A DNA stretch of 64,000 nucleotides from Neoechinorhynchus agilis (Eukaryota; Animalia; Acanthocephala). The position numbers were made by a program, and so were the translations under genes. The number at the start of each line of letters is the position of its first letter. Position 1 is the first letter of the stretch. The stretch is from assembly GCA_051530055.1 (NCBI GenBank), contig CM121341.1, positions 4,194,784 through 4,258,783 on the forward strand. Reading direction: 5' to 3'. Below, one piece after another: positions 25,401 through 37,979 of the stretch. A model generated the notes under the pieces. The model did not search any database. It was not told where the DNA came from and saw only the letters and a program-made list of their open reading frames with translations.

Positions 25401-26382
25401 ATTTCTTAAACATAATCATTTGATTCCTAGTTTGATACACGGGTCTATTCGTGGCAGATACGTTCATACGCCAATGGAACAGCTCGTGTTTTTTCTAGGG
25501 CTAGACAACATTCTGTGAATGTGCTCTTACAAATAGACATTTCGAAGGCGTTTGATGAAATCGATCACTCTTAAATTTACAAGGCCATGAGATTTTATAA
25601 AATTCATAGGAAATTATTTTATCATGTAATGATACTTTTAGAAACCAAAGGGGCCTTCTTTGAGCTTGATAAGGATAGAATAATCTTTTAACCGTGCGCA
25701 TGGATTTCCTCAAGGCTCGCCACTCTCGCCTATTTTATTCATGATTTACATGGTTATTTTATTTAAAACTTTAGATTGAAACCTACGTCAGAAATCTTAA
25801 TAAATGCTGATGATATTTCCTTTTTTACCACTAAAAGGTTGTCTGGCGAAAAACGAAAAACTTCTACAGAAGGCTCATCTTTCTGTCAATTTTCAAAATT
25901 GTTTTATTATTAAGCAACGAATTCAAAAAGCACCGAACTTTTATCTAGTTTAAGCGAGATGCTTAAAGTGGTCAAAAACAACAAATTGCCCGGATTACAA
26001 GTTTCATTGTTGACATATCCTAGATTTGAATTAGGAAACGATTAGGTTTGAATTTATGGAGAATATTGCTAAAAGAGTCTTATTTCTAGTACTATCTTTT
26101 TTTAAAAGAGGAAGAGCGCCGGAGCAAAGATTTGCAATGTTTTATAAATTTATGAATTATATCAAAAAAATTAAATTTTTATCCCGTGAATCTATGAATT
26201 TTCCTTTCTTTTTATCAAAAGTTTGGTTTTATAATTGTAGATTTAAGTTTGCTAAAAAAAATTCAATTCATAAGATCAGTTGTGTTTGGTGTATCAGAAA
26301 GGTAAGTCTGACAAAACGCTTACTCATCAAATACTTTTGCCTCATGAACACAGTCGCCATTAGAGCACTCAAATTCGTTTAA
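22405..26382 (+). mobile_element. Family A LINE, near full length and degenerate; interrupted by a CRE fragment
   Basis: ORF1 CTHCSREHLSNQC and NCGMNHKAYDPRC; APE ACFLQET, ITGDSN, SFLDGAII; RT RPISIQ, DISKAFD, GFPQGSPLSP; FKRGRAPE. Confidence 0.85.
23300..23700 (-). mobile_element. CRE-like retrotransposon 3' end
   Basis: DFTCSNTLAASH...KKQQKY...PIAVETLG...FLLQRISAAIQRSNAAAI. Confidence 0.9.
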
Positions 26383-28327
26383 GGCGCATTGAGCGACTTT
26401 ATTTGTTTGATTCTTCGAAAATCCACGATTAAAAGAAGTTATCGTCAAGCGGAAGCCCTTTCCATGGTTATTGTTAGAATGAGATCTAAGACGGATGTGA
26501 GATAAAAAGACTTCAATGATAGGTATTATTAAGGTTGCTCATCTCACCTGAATACAAGAGTGAAAATCCCGGTGTCCGCCAAAAATGTTTCCGGTAAAAC
26601 CGTTCTATTGCTCGTCGCTACTTCTAGTCCACATTTTGCTCTCAGAATCTATTTTAAATGATAATAAGCTAGAAGAGCAACTTTATTGCACTTACTACAA
26701 GTGGATTTACCGTTTCAATCCGCTCGTCTTTGAATATACTTAGAGAGTTTTTGCAAATGATATCAGGGGGTCCTTTAAGATTAAAGTAATCCACTTTGAG
26801 CTTAAGCCAATTTCCTTCCTTTGTAGCCTGCAATGTAAAGATCGTATGTAGTCAATGATATTTTCAAAAGATCGAACCTTAAATGTTTGTCGACATTCAA
26901 CAAAGTTTTCAAATGAACCAGAAATAGTTGCGTTTTGGTTCAATCGTGAGTAATGGCCGTACAGTGTGGGTGCGAGCGTTGATGGAGTCGGAATCAGGTT
27001 TTTTTAGAGGATCAGTCTTCGGTATAGATCGCTTCGCATTCGAATAAAACGGGGAATATCTTTACATATTTGTAAAAATCTACAAGACTTTAAAGTTCAA
27101 TTGTTCTCGTTTTTCATACGAAACAAATTAAGTCAGAAAAAATTGAAACAAAAGTTGAAATTGGGATTTTATCCGTTTTTTTTTGCATTTAAAAACTTTT
27201 GGGTATACAAAATCAATAAGCACTGATCGGAATCGTGGATTATATTCGTTTATGGCGTATTCGACTTGTGTCAAGATAAGCTGATTCGCCATAAATCTGC
27301 GGTATATGTTTGAAGATTGAACTGTTCAATGGACATATGTTTAAAATCTTATTTTTTAATTTCGATTTGCTTCAGGAATCTTATTTCTCAATTAGCAAAA
27401 CACAAGAAGGCAATTACGGTGCATTCATATTCGAGATAGATTTGCTCGGCTGGTTTCATCACTGTTATTAATCCCTAGGGTGCTATATTCCTAATGGAGA
27501 TTTTCGACTAATGTAAAGTTTCCGCACTAGAGTAGATGTTTCGCCAAGTGGACGAATTCGCACATTTTCTTTTTGTATAAAATATCGCTGCCCGCCGTCC
27601 ACCCATTTTCGCCTAACCCGTTTCCGACAATAAAGCATAGGCATGAACTGTAACTCCGTCAATCCAGAATCCTTCCCCGCAAGGTTGACTTCGATATTCG
27701 ATATCATAAGGATTCTTGACCATTACGACTAAAAAGCACACTTCGGTGTTTTCGGGACACAAAAAGTCGTCTACTAATCGATTAGCTCGTAGGCACTCAC
27801 CGTCAAAGTGTGGTTTGCTTGTGGTATCATGAACGAATAAAGTCAAGAACGAGATTCCGAGTGTTTCGAAAAATAACATCAATGAATAACAGTGGCAACA
27901 GCGGGGGGGGCGCGTAGAGGATCTATAAGGAGATGCTTCAAAGCACACTGGGTGACAAGTGACGGCGGTCTTGTGGGATACCATGGCAGTGCTGCTGCTG
28001 CTTCAGATGACAGTACAACAATTAGATTGCAAGAGCAGTCGAAAATCCGTATTGCTGCTTTTAAGCCCCTGGTTGTGCTCTATCAAAGCAAATTGCTATG
28101 TGGAATTCACACACACAGAGCACCAAAGCCAATTTGAGAGTCTAGATCCCTTTCAGTTGCACAATGGGCTTTAACGGCAGCCAAAATCAGTGGGATGTGC
28201 TAAAGTGGCAATTCACTTTTTCGCACTGTCTCATTTTTAAGAGTTGGACAATCGTGACCGGAAAAAACACACTATAATTATCCGACAATTGAATTGATTG
28301 TGCGTTGCTCAATCCTGTCCCCGTCGT

Positions 28328-28515
28328 TACTCATTTAATTGAGAAATATTTCGCAAGGTTTTCCTTGACTCTTCAGTCGTTATTGTTTGTAAGTTTTTCA
28401 ACTGTCAGTAACGTACTATGGCAATGCCAAAAAGACACAGTTGAAAAAACCTGCGAACAATAACGACTGAAGAGGCAAGGAAAACCTTGCGAAATATTTC
28501 TCAATTAAATGAGTA
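28328..28515. mobile_element. TA-flanked foldback/MITE-like element with about 80-bp arms
   Basis: TActcatttaattgagaaatatttcgc... and ...gcgaaatatttctcaattaaatgagTA. Confidence 0.85.
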
Positions 28516-28636
28516 TCGATAACACCGGGATCAAATGATTTATGACAAATTGAATTCATGGCCATGTCCACGGGGCTTTGTACATTGCAAAAGAATATTC
28601 GCTACATTCTTTACTCAAAATGTTAAAAGGAAGTAT

Positions 28637-28695
28637 TAAAGACTTTTCGAACCTCGTCGGGTTAGCAAACTGATGATGAACCCGACGAACTTCCG
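28637..28695. repeat. Small hairpin repeat family member (related copies near 29478-29530 and 33604-33699)
   Basis: Shared aacctcgtc(gg/aa)gtt, caaact(g/c)atgat and aacc(c/t)gacga motifs. Confidence 0.65.
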
Positions 28696-28745
28696 CAGGT
28701 TCGTCCACACATCTTAAGCCTCAAAAAAATCTAGCAATAAAGTTT

Positions 28746-28962
28746 GGCTGTAACAGTTTCCCATCTCTTAGGAATTGAATGTCCTCAAATGGATGATGCC
28801 ATTCAATATCAAATCATTTTTAGAAGCAGAAAAACGGTTCATGGTAGTTTCATATTTTCCCAAGTTTGTCGAATCTTAAGAAGATCAGTTTTAATGTTTA
28901 CTATTTAAACTGTATGTGTTGAGGACATTCAATTCGTAAGAGATGGGAAACTGTTACAGCCA
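28746..28962. mobile_element. MITE-like element with about 43-bp terminal inverted repeats
   Basis: ggctgtaacagtttcccatctcttaggaattgaatgtcctcaa versus ttgaggacattcaattcgtaagagatgggaaactgttacagcc; no clear TSD. Confidence 0.8.
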
Positions 28963-30479
28963 GATCGGTTCTGCAAAGTTTTCAAAAAATGTAGCTGAAA
29001 AATCAAAGAAAAATTTGACTATCTTGAAAGGTGCGAGAAATGAAAGATGCAAAGTAAACGTTAATGTGCAATGTTGATGAACTACAAATTGCTATAATTG
29101 GATTTTTCTTAACAGAATTCGCTTGGTTATGTGGAACAACTGTAGATGCTAAATATGGATGTTGGGAGGCTGCGAGATCCGACGAACCTCTTTTGTTGTT
29201 CATTGGTCACAGGAATAATTCTCAACGATTGCTTAAATGAAATAATTTTTTGATGTTAATGATTCAGAATAATTTCATAGCTAATCGTTAAATTTCGTCG
29301 CGAAAAGAATAAAGCAATATTTAAGATCACCAACATGTAATTTTCTCCAAATTGAATTAATATTTTTTGTGGTTTTGCACTAATTCATTATCCAATTGAC
29401 CCAAATTTTGAGCAAAATTCACACCACCGCTCTGGATCACCCAGCAGCTATATTTTTTTCGATTAAAACGGTCTGCAACCTCGTCGGGTTCGACGTTGAT
29501 CGTCTTTTAATAACAAACTGATGATGTTCACAGATCGTTTTAATCGAAATTTTTTTATTTACCTCTCGTGAATACTTCTAAACAATTATTCTCTAATCAA
29601 ATACTCGAGAACCTCCTCATATATCGGCATTTTAATAAAGCAATCGATTATGCGAAAGTTTTCGATACTTTGATTCTTTACATAATCTTATTTTAGTTTA
29701 GGTGCATTGTCATTGTACATTAGTTGTCTTTATCGACAGAAATTAGGCAAATCGCATATTTAATCTGATTGTAAAACACTTATGCAATCATGAAAAACTC
29801 TTAGCAAATTAATGATCCTTGAATTTGAAGAACAAGGTATTTCCATTAATAAAATGCTTTTTATTGTACGCGAAAGGAACCTAGTAAAAATCAACATTAA
29901 AGTTTTGGTTGTTACAGTCCCTGCTTCATTTTCATACAATTTTCTCCTATAGCAAAGATCACAAATGTACCGGATTCAATGTACGTCTTTTCTAATATTT
30001 TGTTAAGTTATTTTTATACCCTCGGATTGCATGATTTTACATTTAATCACGTTTGGTATTCGTTTTTGTAATAAATTTTTTTTATCGATTCAGTTTGAAC
30101 GGATAAATTGTTTGAAATTCGCTTATTATTTCAGAAAATCCTAACTTCGTAATTATTAAATTGCATTGAAAATAGCTTCAATAGACTAGATGCAACGTTA
30201 GTTATAGTACAAAATATAGATAAATAGAAGATGATCGATCAGTTTTTTCTAAATAAAAAAATTAAAGAATTTGAATATGTAAACGACCATTTCGAAGTCG
30301 ATCTCATGGGATCAATAGCCGTTTCAACGGCACTAGAGTTTAAAAATTTATGTTATTTACTCTACTATGAAAAGCATTTTTGCCTATGGTATAAATAAAT
30401 CGAGAAAATTCTAATGCAGAATGGTGTCGCAATGCATCCCAGTCTGATAGTGCAGAATCTACGTCGCTGGGTCGTATTC

Positions 30480-30750
30480 ATTCTTAAACAATGCATGGCT
30501 GTACTTGGACTTCAAGATTGAAGGTTTTCGGCAACAAGGAGGTCTTGGATTAGTTGCGTTTTACAAAGGTTACCAAGTTTCACTCACGTTTAACATTTGT
30601 GATTAAAATGTCGTCTAAACGAAGCTCCTCCGGCCTACAATTCTACGCCGATTTACCCGTTATCAGCTCGCTTGTTGGATCTCACAAGCATTTTATAACA
30701 CCGAACACTGTACTTTCCCGAAGTGGATATTCTCATCGCATTGTGAGCAT
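30480..30750 (+). pseudogene. Possible mitochondrial carrier (SLC25) relic
   Basis: QQGGLGLVAFYKGYQVSL resembles the carrier GFY(K/R)G signature; stops follow. Confidence 0.3.
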
Positions 30751-32765
30751 TGAATGACTTTTTTTATCTATAAGATACCGCCGATAACAATATTGTTAGA
30801 TATGCAGATCCTTTTTTTTGATGACTCCAGTTGTCATCCAATCTTTAGTTCTCGAAATCAGTCATCATTTAACATTAGTTCAGAGGAATCTACAAATTAG
30901 TGGCAAGCAAATAAACCCAGTTGCTTCTATGACACTCTCACTACGCTGTGTAGCCCTCTGAAGTGGTTTAGACAACGAGAAATGCGTTCCATGCCTTTTC
31001 TATGTGCCATGAGTAATATCTGCATATATTGTCTAGTTTCCTAAGTCTTTATAAGAGCGATTTTGGTGGCCTAATGAGGAAATCTTATACTATTTTTGAT
31101 TTTTGGCTTATTTGAAGTGTTTAGCAAAAAAATTGGTTCAAAGATAGGAGGACTTTGAGAATCTTGTACTATGAATTATTCATCGTTTTTGGTGAAAATC
31201 ATTTCGCCCGAAATTGGTCACCACCTAATTACTAGTCGATCAAATAACCAATAGCGTGCTGATTTAATCGCGATTAACTGAAAATATCTACAAATTCGTG
31301 ATTATGCCTCGTTCGGATGTGAATCTATGTTAGAATTTGTGATTATCCGATCGCGCACGGCATTTGGGACAATGCGAGACTAATCGATGCATAAAGGCAG
31401 TTTCCTCAGTAATCAGCGTATTTAGATTAATATCCATTAGAGATGAATGCTTCACAAATGTTATTTCCTTCCGCGATGCTACTTTTCTAATACCTACACG
31501 CCGGCATCGCTATCCGATGGACCTTTATATTCGGGATGGTACACTGAGCGCTCTTGATTCGACAACCATTTTAGACTCGATAGGTCTTATTTTAACATTT
31601 TCTGATACTAGACTAAATGAAACGGAAAATTCAAATCTTATATTCGACATTTGCGTATCTTCATTACATGCATATACATTTCAATGCTGCTACTGAGAGT
31701 ATCTTTGAAGTGCATAGACAAGAAATTATGATTCCTCGACTTTTAAAATACCGTTTGTCTTAAAAAAATCATATAGGAACTGATAAACAAGTTTCTAGTT
31801 GATTTCAAATTCGAAACGATTACGAAATTTGTAGATTTTCTAAAACAATAAGAACGTTGAAGTATAGATTTCTTTAAATTTTAAGTGGTTTAATGATTTT
31901 GCCGAGCGTTTTGCTGCTTGGACCAAAAAAGTCGGTTTTTAACTCTTCAAAATAATTGATTACTGCTGGTCAGATTGTGATACGCTACGATTTATGCCAC
32001 TAAAATGAAAAAAAACTCGAGTTATTCACTCAGCTTGACTAAATAGAAGTTTCATTTCGAACAGTTGAACAATTCAGGATTTTGGCTCAATGGCGATTGT
32101 TCTTTAACAAAAGAACTGACAAAGGACACGTTAAAGTGCATTTATGTTCCACTTAACCGTTTTCCGGTTGAAAAAACGATGCACTTATAGTTTTTGTACT
32201 GATTTTTTGAATGACCGCCGTAATTTCCTATCCATTGATCATTTTAACGTTTTTCGAGTCGTATTTTCATGAACCTCATTTTAAATGATCCATCAGCCGC
32301 TCCCCAAAGCGTTCGGATTTATGTGATCCACAAATCACGAAAATCAGTCGCTGCGTCCTTTTTTTATATGGATGAAATGGTGAAGAAATTTATTTGGTCC
32401 GATATTTCGGAGACACAATCTTGTGGGTATTTCCCAAGTTATTTTGCTGTTACAAACTAAAAGCGCAATATTGTGTGCCGACGGACCTAACAAAGAATTT
32501 CTTTATTTTTTATGCCGGATTTTTGATGGTGTCTGAATATTAGTCCTAAATGATTAATCGGAATCCATGATTATAATGTTTGTTTGCGGCGGAAAAATTA
32601 AAGGAATTTATTCCGAAACCAATCGGATTTAACTAAAATTCTTTTAATTTTTACGCCATAAACAAACATCCGAATAGTTCTTTTTTTTGAAATAAAAATA
32701 TTAGTTGGATAGTTTGTTCTGCTATTAATCGATTTTATTTGCCTTTTTTTTCAGACTAAATAGTG

Positions 32766-34349
32766 ATGGGTTGTACATCGAGTTCCGAAGAGAAGAAAGC
32801 CCAGGAGGTACGTGGCTATTTATCAACCGTTATTTCCAGAAAAAGTGATTTTGTTTAGAACAGCAAAGTTTTGGACCGATTTCTGCGAGAAGATGCTGAA
32901 AGGAGTTCAAAGGACGTGAAGTTGCTTCTCTTGGGTGCCGGGGAAAGTGGAAAGAGCACTATTGTAAAGCAAATGCGTATTATTCACCAGCATGGATACT
33001 CAAAAGAAGATTTTATACAATATCGACCTGTTGTTTTTTCAAACACTCTGCAGTCGATGTGTGCAATACTGAGAGCAATGCCTGTCCTAGGAATCCAACT
33101 CGAGCACGATCGGAAAGCGGACTGCGATTATGTCCTTTGTTTATCAACGAATCGGGAAAACGGAGTCATTGCAACGGCTAACGCAATTGGCCATACAATA
33201 ACAACAAGTGCATCGAATCAACAAACAACAGCTACTTCAATGGCTCTTTCTTTTGATTCAAATCTAGTCGGAGCTATAAAACGGTTATGGCAAAGTCGCT
33301 CGGTTCAACAATGCTTTCATCGAAGTAACGAGTACCAACTCAATGATTCTGCACAGTATTTTTTAAGCGAGCTGGATCGTATAGGTCAAACAGGTTATTT
33401 GCCAAATGAACAAGATATTCTTAGATGCCGAGTGAAAACCACGGGAATCGTTGAAGTCAATTTCTGTTTCCGAAATCTTAATTTTCGTCTATTTGATGTC
33501 GGTGGTCAACGAAGTGAACGAAAAAAATGGATTCATTGCTTTGAGGATGTAGAGGAACTGGATGCCTTTGTTTAAAGTAATTTACCTAAATCAATATGAA
33601 AAATAAAGACGTTTTGAACCTCGTCAAGTTCATCATCAATTTCCTTGCATTTTTTTTAGCAAACTCATGATAAACCTGACGAGCTTCGAAATGTCTTTAA
33701 CCGAAAAATTCTCACATATCGACATTTGTATTCTATTGCTTTTCGGGACGCATTCTGGTTGCTCCTTAATTTCTTGTTCGGTTAAAATCGAGCAAAAAAC
33801 GGATGATTTTATGTCTTTATGAAATTCGTTTTATAAATAGACGCTCCTATTAGCGAAGGCATCCAGAATCTTTTAACTGCAGTAATATTCTGTGTTGCTC
33901 TCAGTGAATACGATCAAGTATTGTACGAGGACGAATCAACAAATCGAATGCATGAATCATTACGTCTCTTTGATTCAATATGCAACAACAAATGGTTTAT
34001 CCGTACAAGCATGATCCTTTTTCTTAATAAGAAAGATTTATTTGCTGAGAAGATCCTCCACAGTCCACTTACGATATGTTTTCCACATTACACCGGCAAA
34101 AATGATTATGAGCACGCAAGTGATTTTATTCAAAATGAGTTCATCTCCAAAAATAGGAATATTGATTCTGTTATGATTGGTGCTAATGTCGGTGGTCTGA
34201 TGGGTAATTCCATGAACAATATTCCATTTCAGCGTGAAATATACTGTCACCATACTTGTGCAACCGATACTCGAAATGTTCAATTTGTCTTTGATGCGGT
34301 AACTGATGTGATCATAACGATTAATCTGAGAGGATGTGGATTGTATTAA
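32766..34349 (+). CDS. GNAO1: Heterotrimeric G protein alpha subunit, Go type; exon 1 32766-32807, GT-AG intron 32808-32858, stop-containing insertion about 33549-33875
   Basis: MGCT start, [37 protein letters not shown]-terminal NLRGCGLY. Confidence 0.93.
33604..33699. mobile_element. TA-flanked mini-MITE nested in the G-alpha insertion
   Basis: TAaagacgttttgaacctcgtca...tgacgagcttcgaaatgtcttTA; the same left end occurs at 28637. Confidence 0.7.
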
Positions 34350-34484
34350 ACAGAGTGGTGAGAGTTAAAGTGTTCAATGTGTTATTTAAATCCTTCTCAT
34401 GTGTATATATAAATGCTATTCTTGATAATTTTGGTTTTCAAGTTTTGGATAAAGAAACTAAGTAATTTTTTAGTTTTACTGGTA

Positions 34485-34625
34485 AGCCTCTATTGTTATC
34501 ATCATTAAATTTTTTAGTTGGGGACGAAATACCGCTGAAGGGAGGAAACTCACTGATGAGAGTCCCGCCTCCTCGGGAGGTATCTGGGGATCCGGACGGA
34601 GATGTACAAACTCTTAACCGTGCAC
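34485..34625. repeat. Inverted, diverged partial copy of the 375-bp satellite unit
   Basis: cctcctcgggaggtatctg...gatgtacaaactcttaaccgtgca is the reverse complement of part of the unit. Confidence 0.85.
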
Positions 34626-34949
34626 CATTAAAAATAATTAAAACTTCCAGATTATTTAAATGCGATGTTAATCCAATCTTTCTCAGCTGATCAGAAATGT
34701 GGAAGTGACATTGGACGACTATTGATTTTACATAGACCATTTTTCTAATTGAAGTTTGCAAAATAAGGAAAAACAAAAGGGTTCTTTGATTCCAATTTTA
34801 TATTGTGTTCTGCTTATTTCTCATTTATTCGTATTTTATAGCCAATTACCGATTAACTGAACATTGCGGTTAATGAAGAACACGCGAACTTGGCATTTAA
34901 CCTTAAAATATGAAAAACCCAAAGGATTCTTTGATTATCATTAAAAAAT

Positions 34950-36550
34950 TTAGTTTATCCCTTTCTTGTCAGGATTATTTTTTAGGCATAAAGCCAAACC
35001 AATTACATCAGAGAAGTGATATAACCACATTGTCTCTGATGCACGGTTAAGAGTTTGTACATCTCCGTCCGAATCCTCAGATACCTCCCGAGGAGGCGGG
35101 GCTCTCATTTGTGAGCTTCCTCCTTTCAACGAGGCATTTCGTCCCCTTTTTGGTACGGATTCGGACCACTTGACCCCTAATCGGGATCACGGGCATTAGT
35201 CCACTTGACCACCTCGACACAACTACGAAATGTCAAACTCAGCCAGTTTATCGACTCAGGGTGAGCGCTGTGTTCTTTTTTTTAAGGTTTTATTGGCAAG
35301 CCGGTATGTTATCATCATTAATTTTTAGTCAATCCCTTTCTTGTCCGGCTTATTTTTTAGGCATAAAGCCAAACCAATTACATCAGAGAAGTGATATAAC
35401 CACATTGTCTCTGATGCACGGTTAAGAGTTTGTACATCTTCGTCCGAATCCTCAGATACCTCCCGAGGAGGCGGGGCTCTCATTTGTGAGCTTCCTCCTT
35501 TCAACGAGGTATTTCGTCCCCTTTTTGGTACGGATTCGGACCACTTGACCCCTAATCGGGATCACGGGCATTAGTCCACTTGACCACCTCGACACAACTA
35601 CGAAATGTCAAACTCAGCCAGTTTATCGACTCAGGGTGAGCGCTGTGTTCTTTTTTTTAAGGTTTTATTGGCAAGCCGGTATGTTATCATCATTAATTTT
35701 TAGTCAATCCCTTTCTTGCCCGGCTTATTTTTTAGGCATAAAGCCAAACCAATTACATCAGAGAAGTGATATAACCACATTGTCTCTGATGCACGGTTAA
35801 GAGTTTGTACATCTTCGTCCGAATCCTCAGATACCTCCCGAGGAGGCGGGGCTCTCATTTGTGAGCTTCCTCCTTTCAACGAGGCATTTCGTCCCCTTTT
35901 TGGTACGGATTCGGACCACTTACCCCTAATCGGGATCACGGGCATTAGTCCACTTGACCACCTCGACACAACTACGAAATGTCAAACTCAGCCAGTTTAT
36001 CGACTCAGGGTGAGCGCTGTGTTCTTTTTTTTAAGGTTTTATTGGCAAGCCGGTATGTTATCATCATTAATTTTTAGTCAATCCCTTTCTTGTCCGGCTT
36101 ATTTTTTAGGCATAAAGCCAAACCAATTACATCAGAGAAGTGATATAACCACATTGTCTCTGATGCACGGTTTAGAGTTTGTACATCTCCGTCCGAATCC
36201 TCAGATACCTCCCGGGGAGGCGGGGCTCTCATTTGTGAGCTTCCTCCTTTCAACGAGGTATTTCGTCCCCTTTTTGGTACGGATTCGGACCACTTGACCC
36301 CTAATCGGGATCACGGGCATTAGTCCACTTGACCACCTCGACACAACTACGAAATGTCAAACTCAGCCAGTTTATCGACTCAGGGTGAGCGCTGTGTTCT
36401 ATTTTTTTTAAGGTTTTACTGGCAAGCCGGTATGTTATCATCATTAAATTTTAGTCAATCCCTTTCTTGTCCGGCTTATTTTTTAGGCATAAAGCCAAAC
36501 CAATTACAAGCCGGACAAGAAAGGAATAGACTAAAATTTAATGATGTCTA
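34950..36550. repeat. Tandem array of about 375-bp units (about 4.2 copies) ending in a foldback (about 36435-36548)
   Basis: aggcataaagcc recurs at 34984, 35359, 35734, 36108 and 36485. Confidence 0.95.
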
Positions 36551-37979
36551 AGTAATGGTTCGTACTCGTTATTTGTCTTGTTAAAACAGTTTAGGATGTA
36601 AAGATTCCCACATTTTCACCTTGTATTTTATTGCTCAAACTGGAACAAAGTATATTTTATGAACCGTATTTTTTGTATATAAAAATTCGATTATTTCGGC
36701 AAATTTAAATCCTAAGGCATAGTAGTGCGAACGCACTTTGTGAATTCCGAATAAATCATGATTTAATACGATCAACTCTTTTTTTGTCTCAACAAACAAG
36801 CAACCGGAAATGAATTTTTTTTCTATAGTCAACAACGATATAGGAAACGAAGTGTTCCGGATAGTGGAAACTAATAGAAATTGTAAGCTTGGAAGCGTCG
36901 CGTTCACGTGAAATTATACTGGATTGCTTCGTTGAGAACATTTTCAACGGATAATATTGTAACAAAAATCGTATCTTCTAACAGTTTAAAAGACAATTTT
37001 GGTATACTTTTTGGTAAAGTTTCGCAAAAAGATTAACAATCACTTGTGGATCAGGAGATGAATTAGTATGAGCGACAGGTCGCAGTCTCCACGGGAAAGT
37101 TAAACATCAAGCTGTATTCTTTGACATACCAACAAAAAAATCAAATGCTCGATATAAAACTTCTCACTCTACTATTGATTCCCAATCGATTTTGGTTCAC
37201 CAAATAAAAGATTAAAAAGCAATCTTTAGAGTAAAATGACAAAGCATTCCCGAAAAAAGATCATCAAGAACTGAATCAGCGTTATTTCTGAAATATCAAA
37301 TATGAATAATACAAATAAAGCGATTTATTGGCTTCATGTAGCTCTGGAATCTAGAGTGATCGCTATCGGCGTGAACAAGAATTTCTATTGATTCGGAATA
37401 TACAAAGCTTGAAAGATTTGGAAAGTCATCGCCTAGCTTTTCTATAAGATCCTGAATTGATGTTTATTCCGTTTTGGTTGTTATCGACAATGACGGAAAA
37501 TCCGTTTATAGAATGTTTTACAATAGTGTAATTCTCTTTTAATCAATGAAACTAGCATTAACCGCAACGGTCTCGGTTCTACTTTTGTTGTTTGCTCATG
37601 CGGCTAAATAGACGGAGTCTATTAAATCATCGCTATGACCGAATTCGTCTCTTTTAAACGTAAAATGCACTAGAAATTTCATCGGTACTTTTACTGCAGT
37701 TCCGATGGTGGCTGCCATAATTGCAGTTGGATTTTAGGCTAATCCGGGTCTGTACTACAGGTGAATCTCGAGATTAATAGTTTCCTCGTCCAGAAAAATC
37801 CTAGGAATGATATCTCCGTATCATAAACTCAAGTTGTGGTGGATGAATATTGCTGTTCAATTGACAAGTGATGTTTTCGGAATCCTTGATGCGAAATTAA
37901 CTGCAGGCCGAGTACGACGGTTGAGAAACAAATCTTTCTTACAAAATTTCGAATCAATAATTTAAACTGTACTTCGATC

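Noticed and set aside
27892-28137. PH-domain-like ORF (DGGLVGY)
   Set aside because: The resemblance is only a few residues and surrounding frames contain many stops.
34156-34232. Third G-alpha excess segment with GGAATATTG/CAATATTCC inverted repeat
   Set aside because: An in-frame GT-AG intron (34170-34232, ending TTTCAG) or a plain coding loop explains it. The repeat is largely the self-palindromic AATATT, so it was not counted in the non-canonical class.
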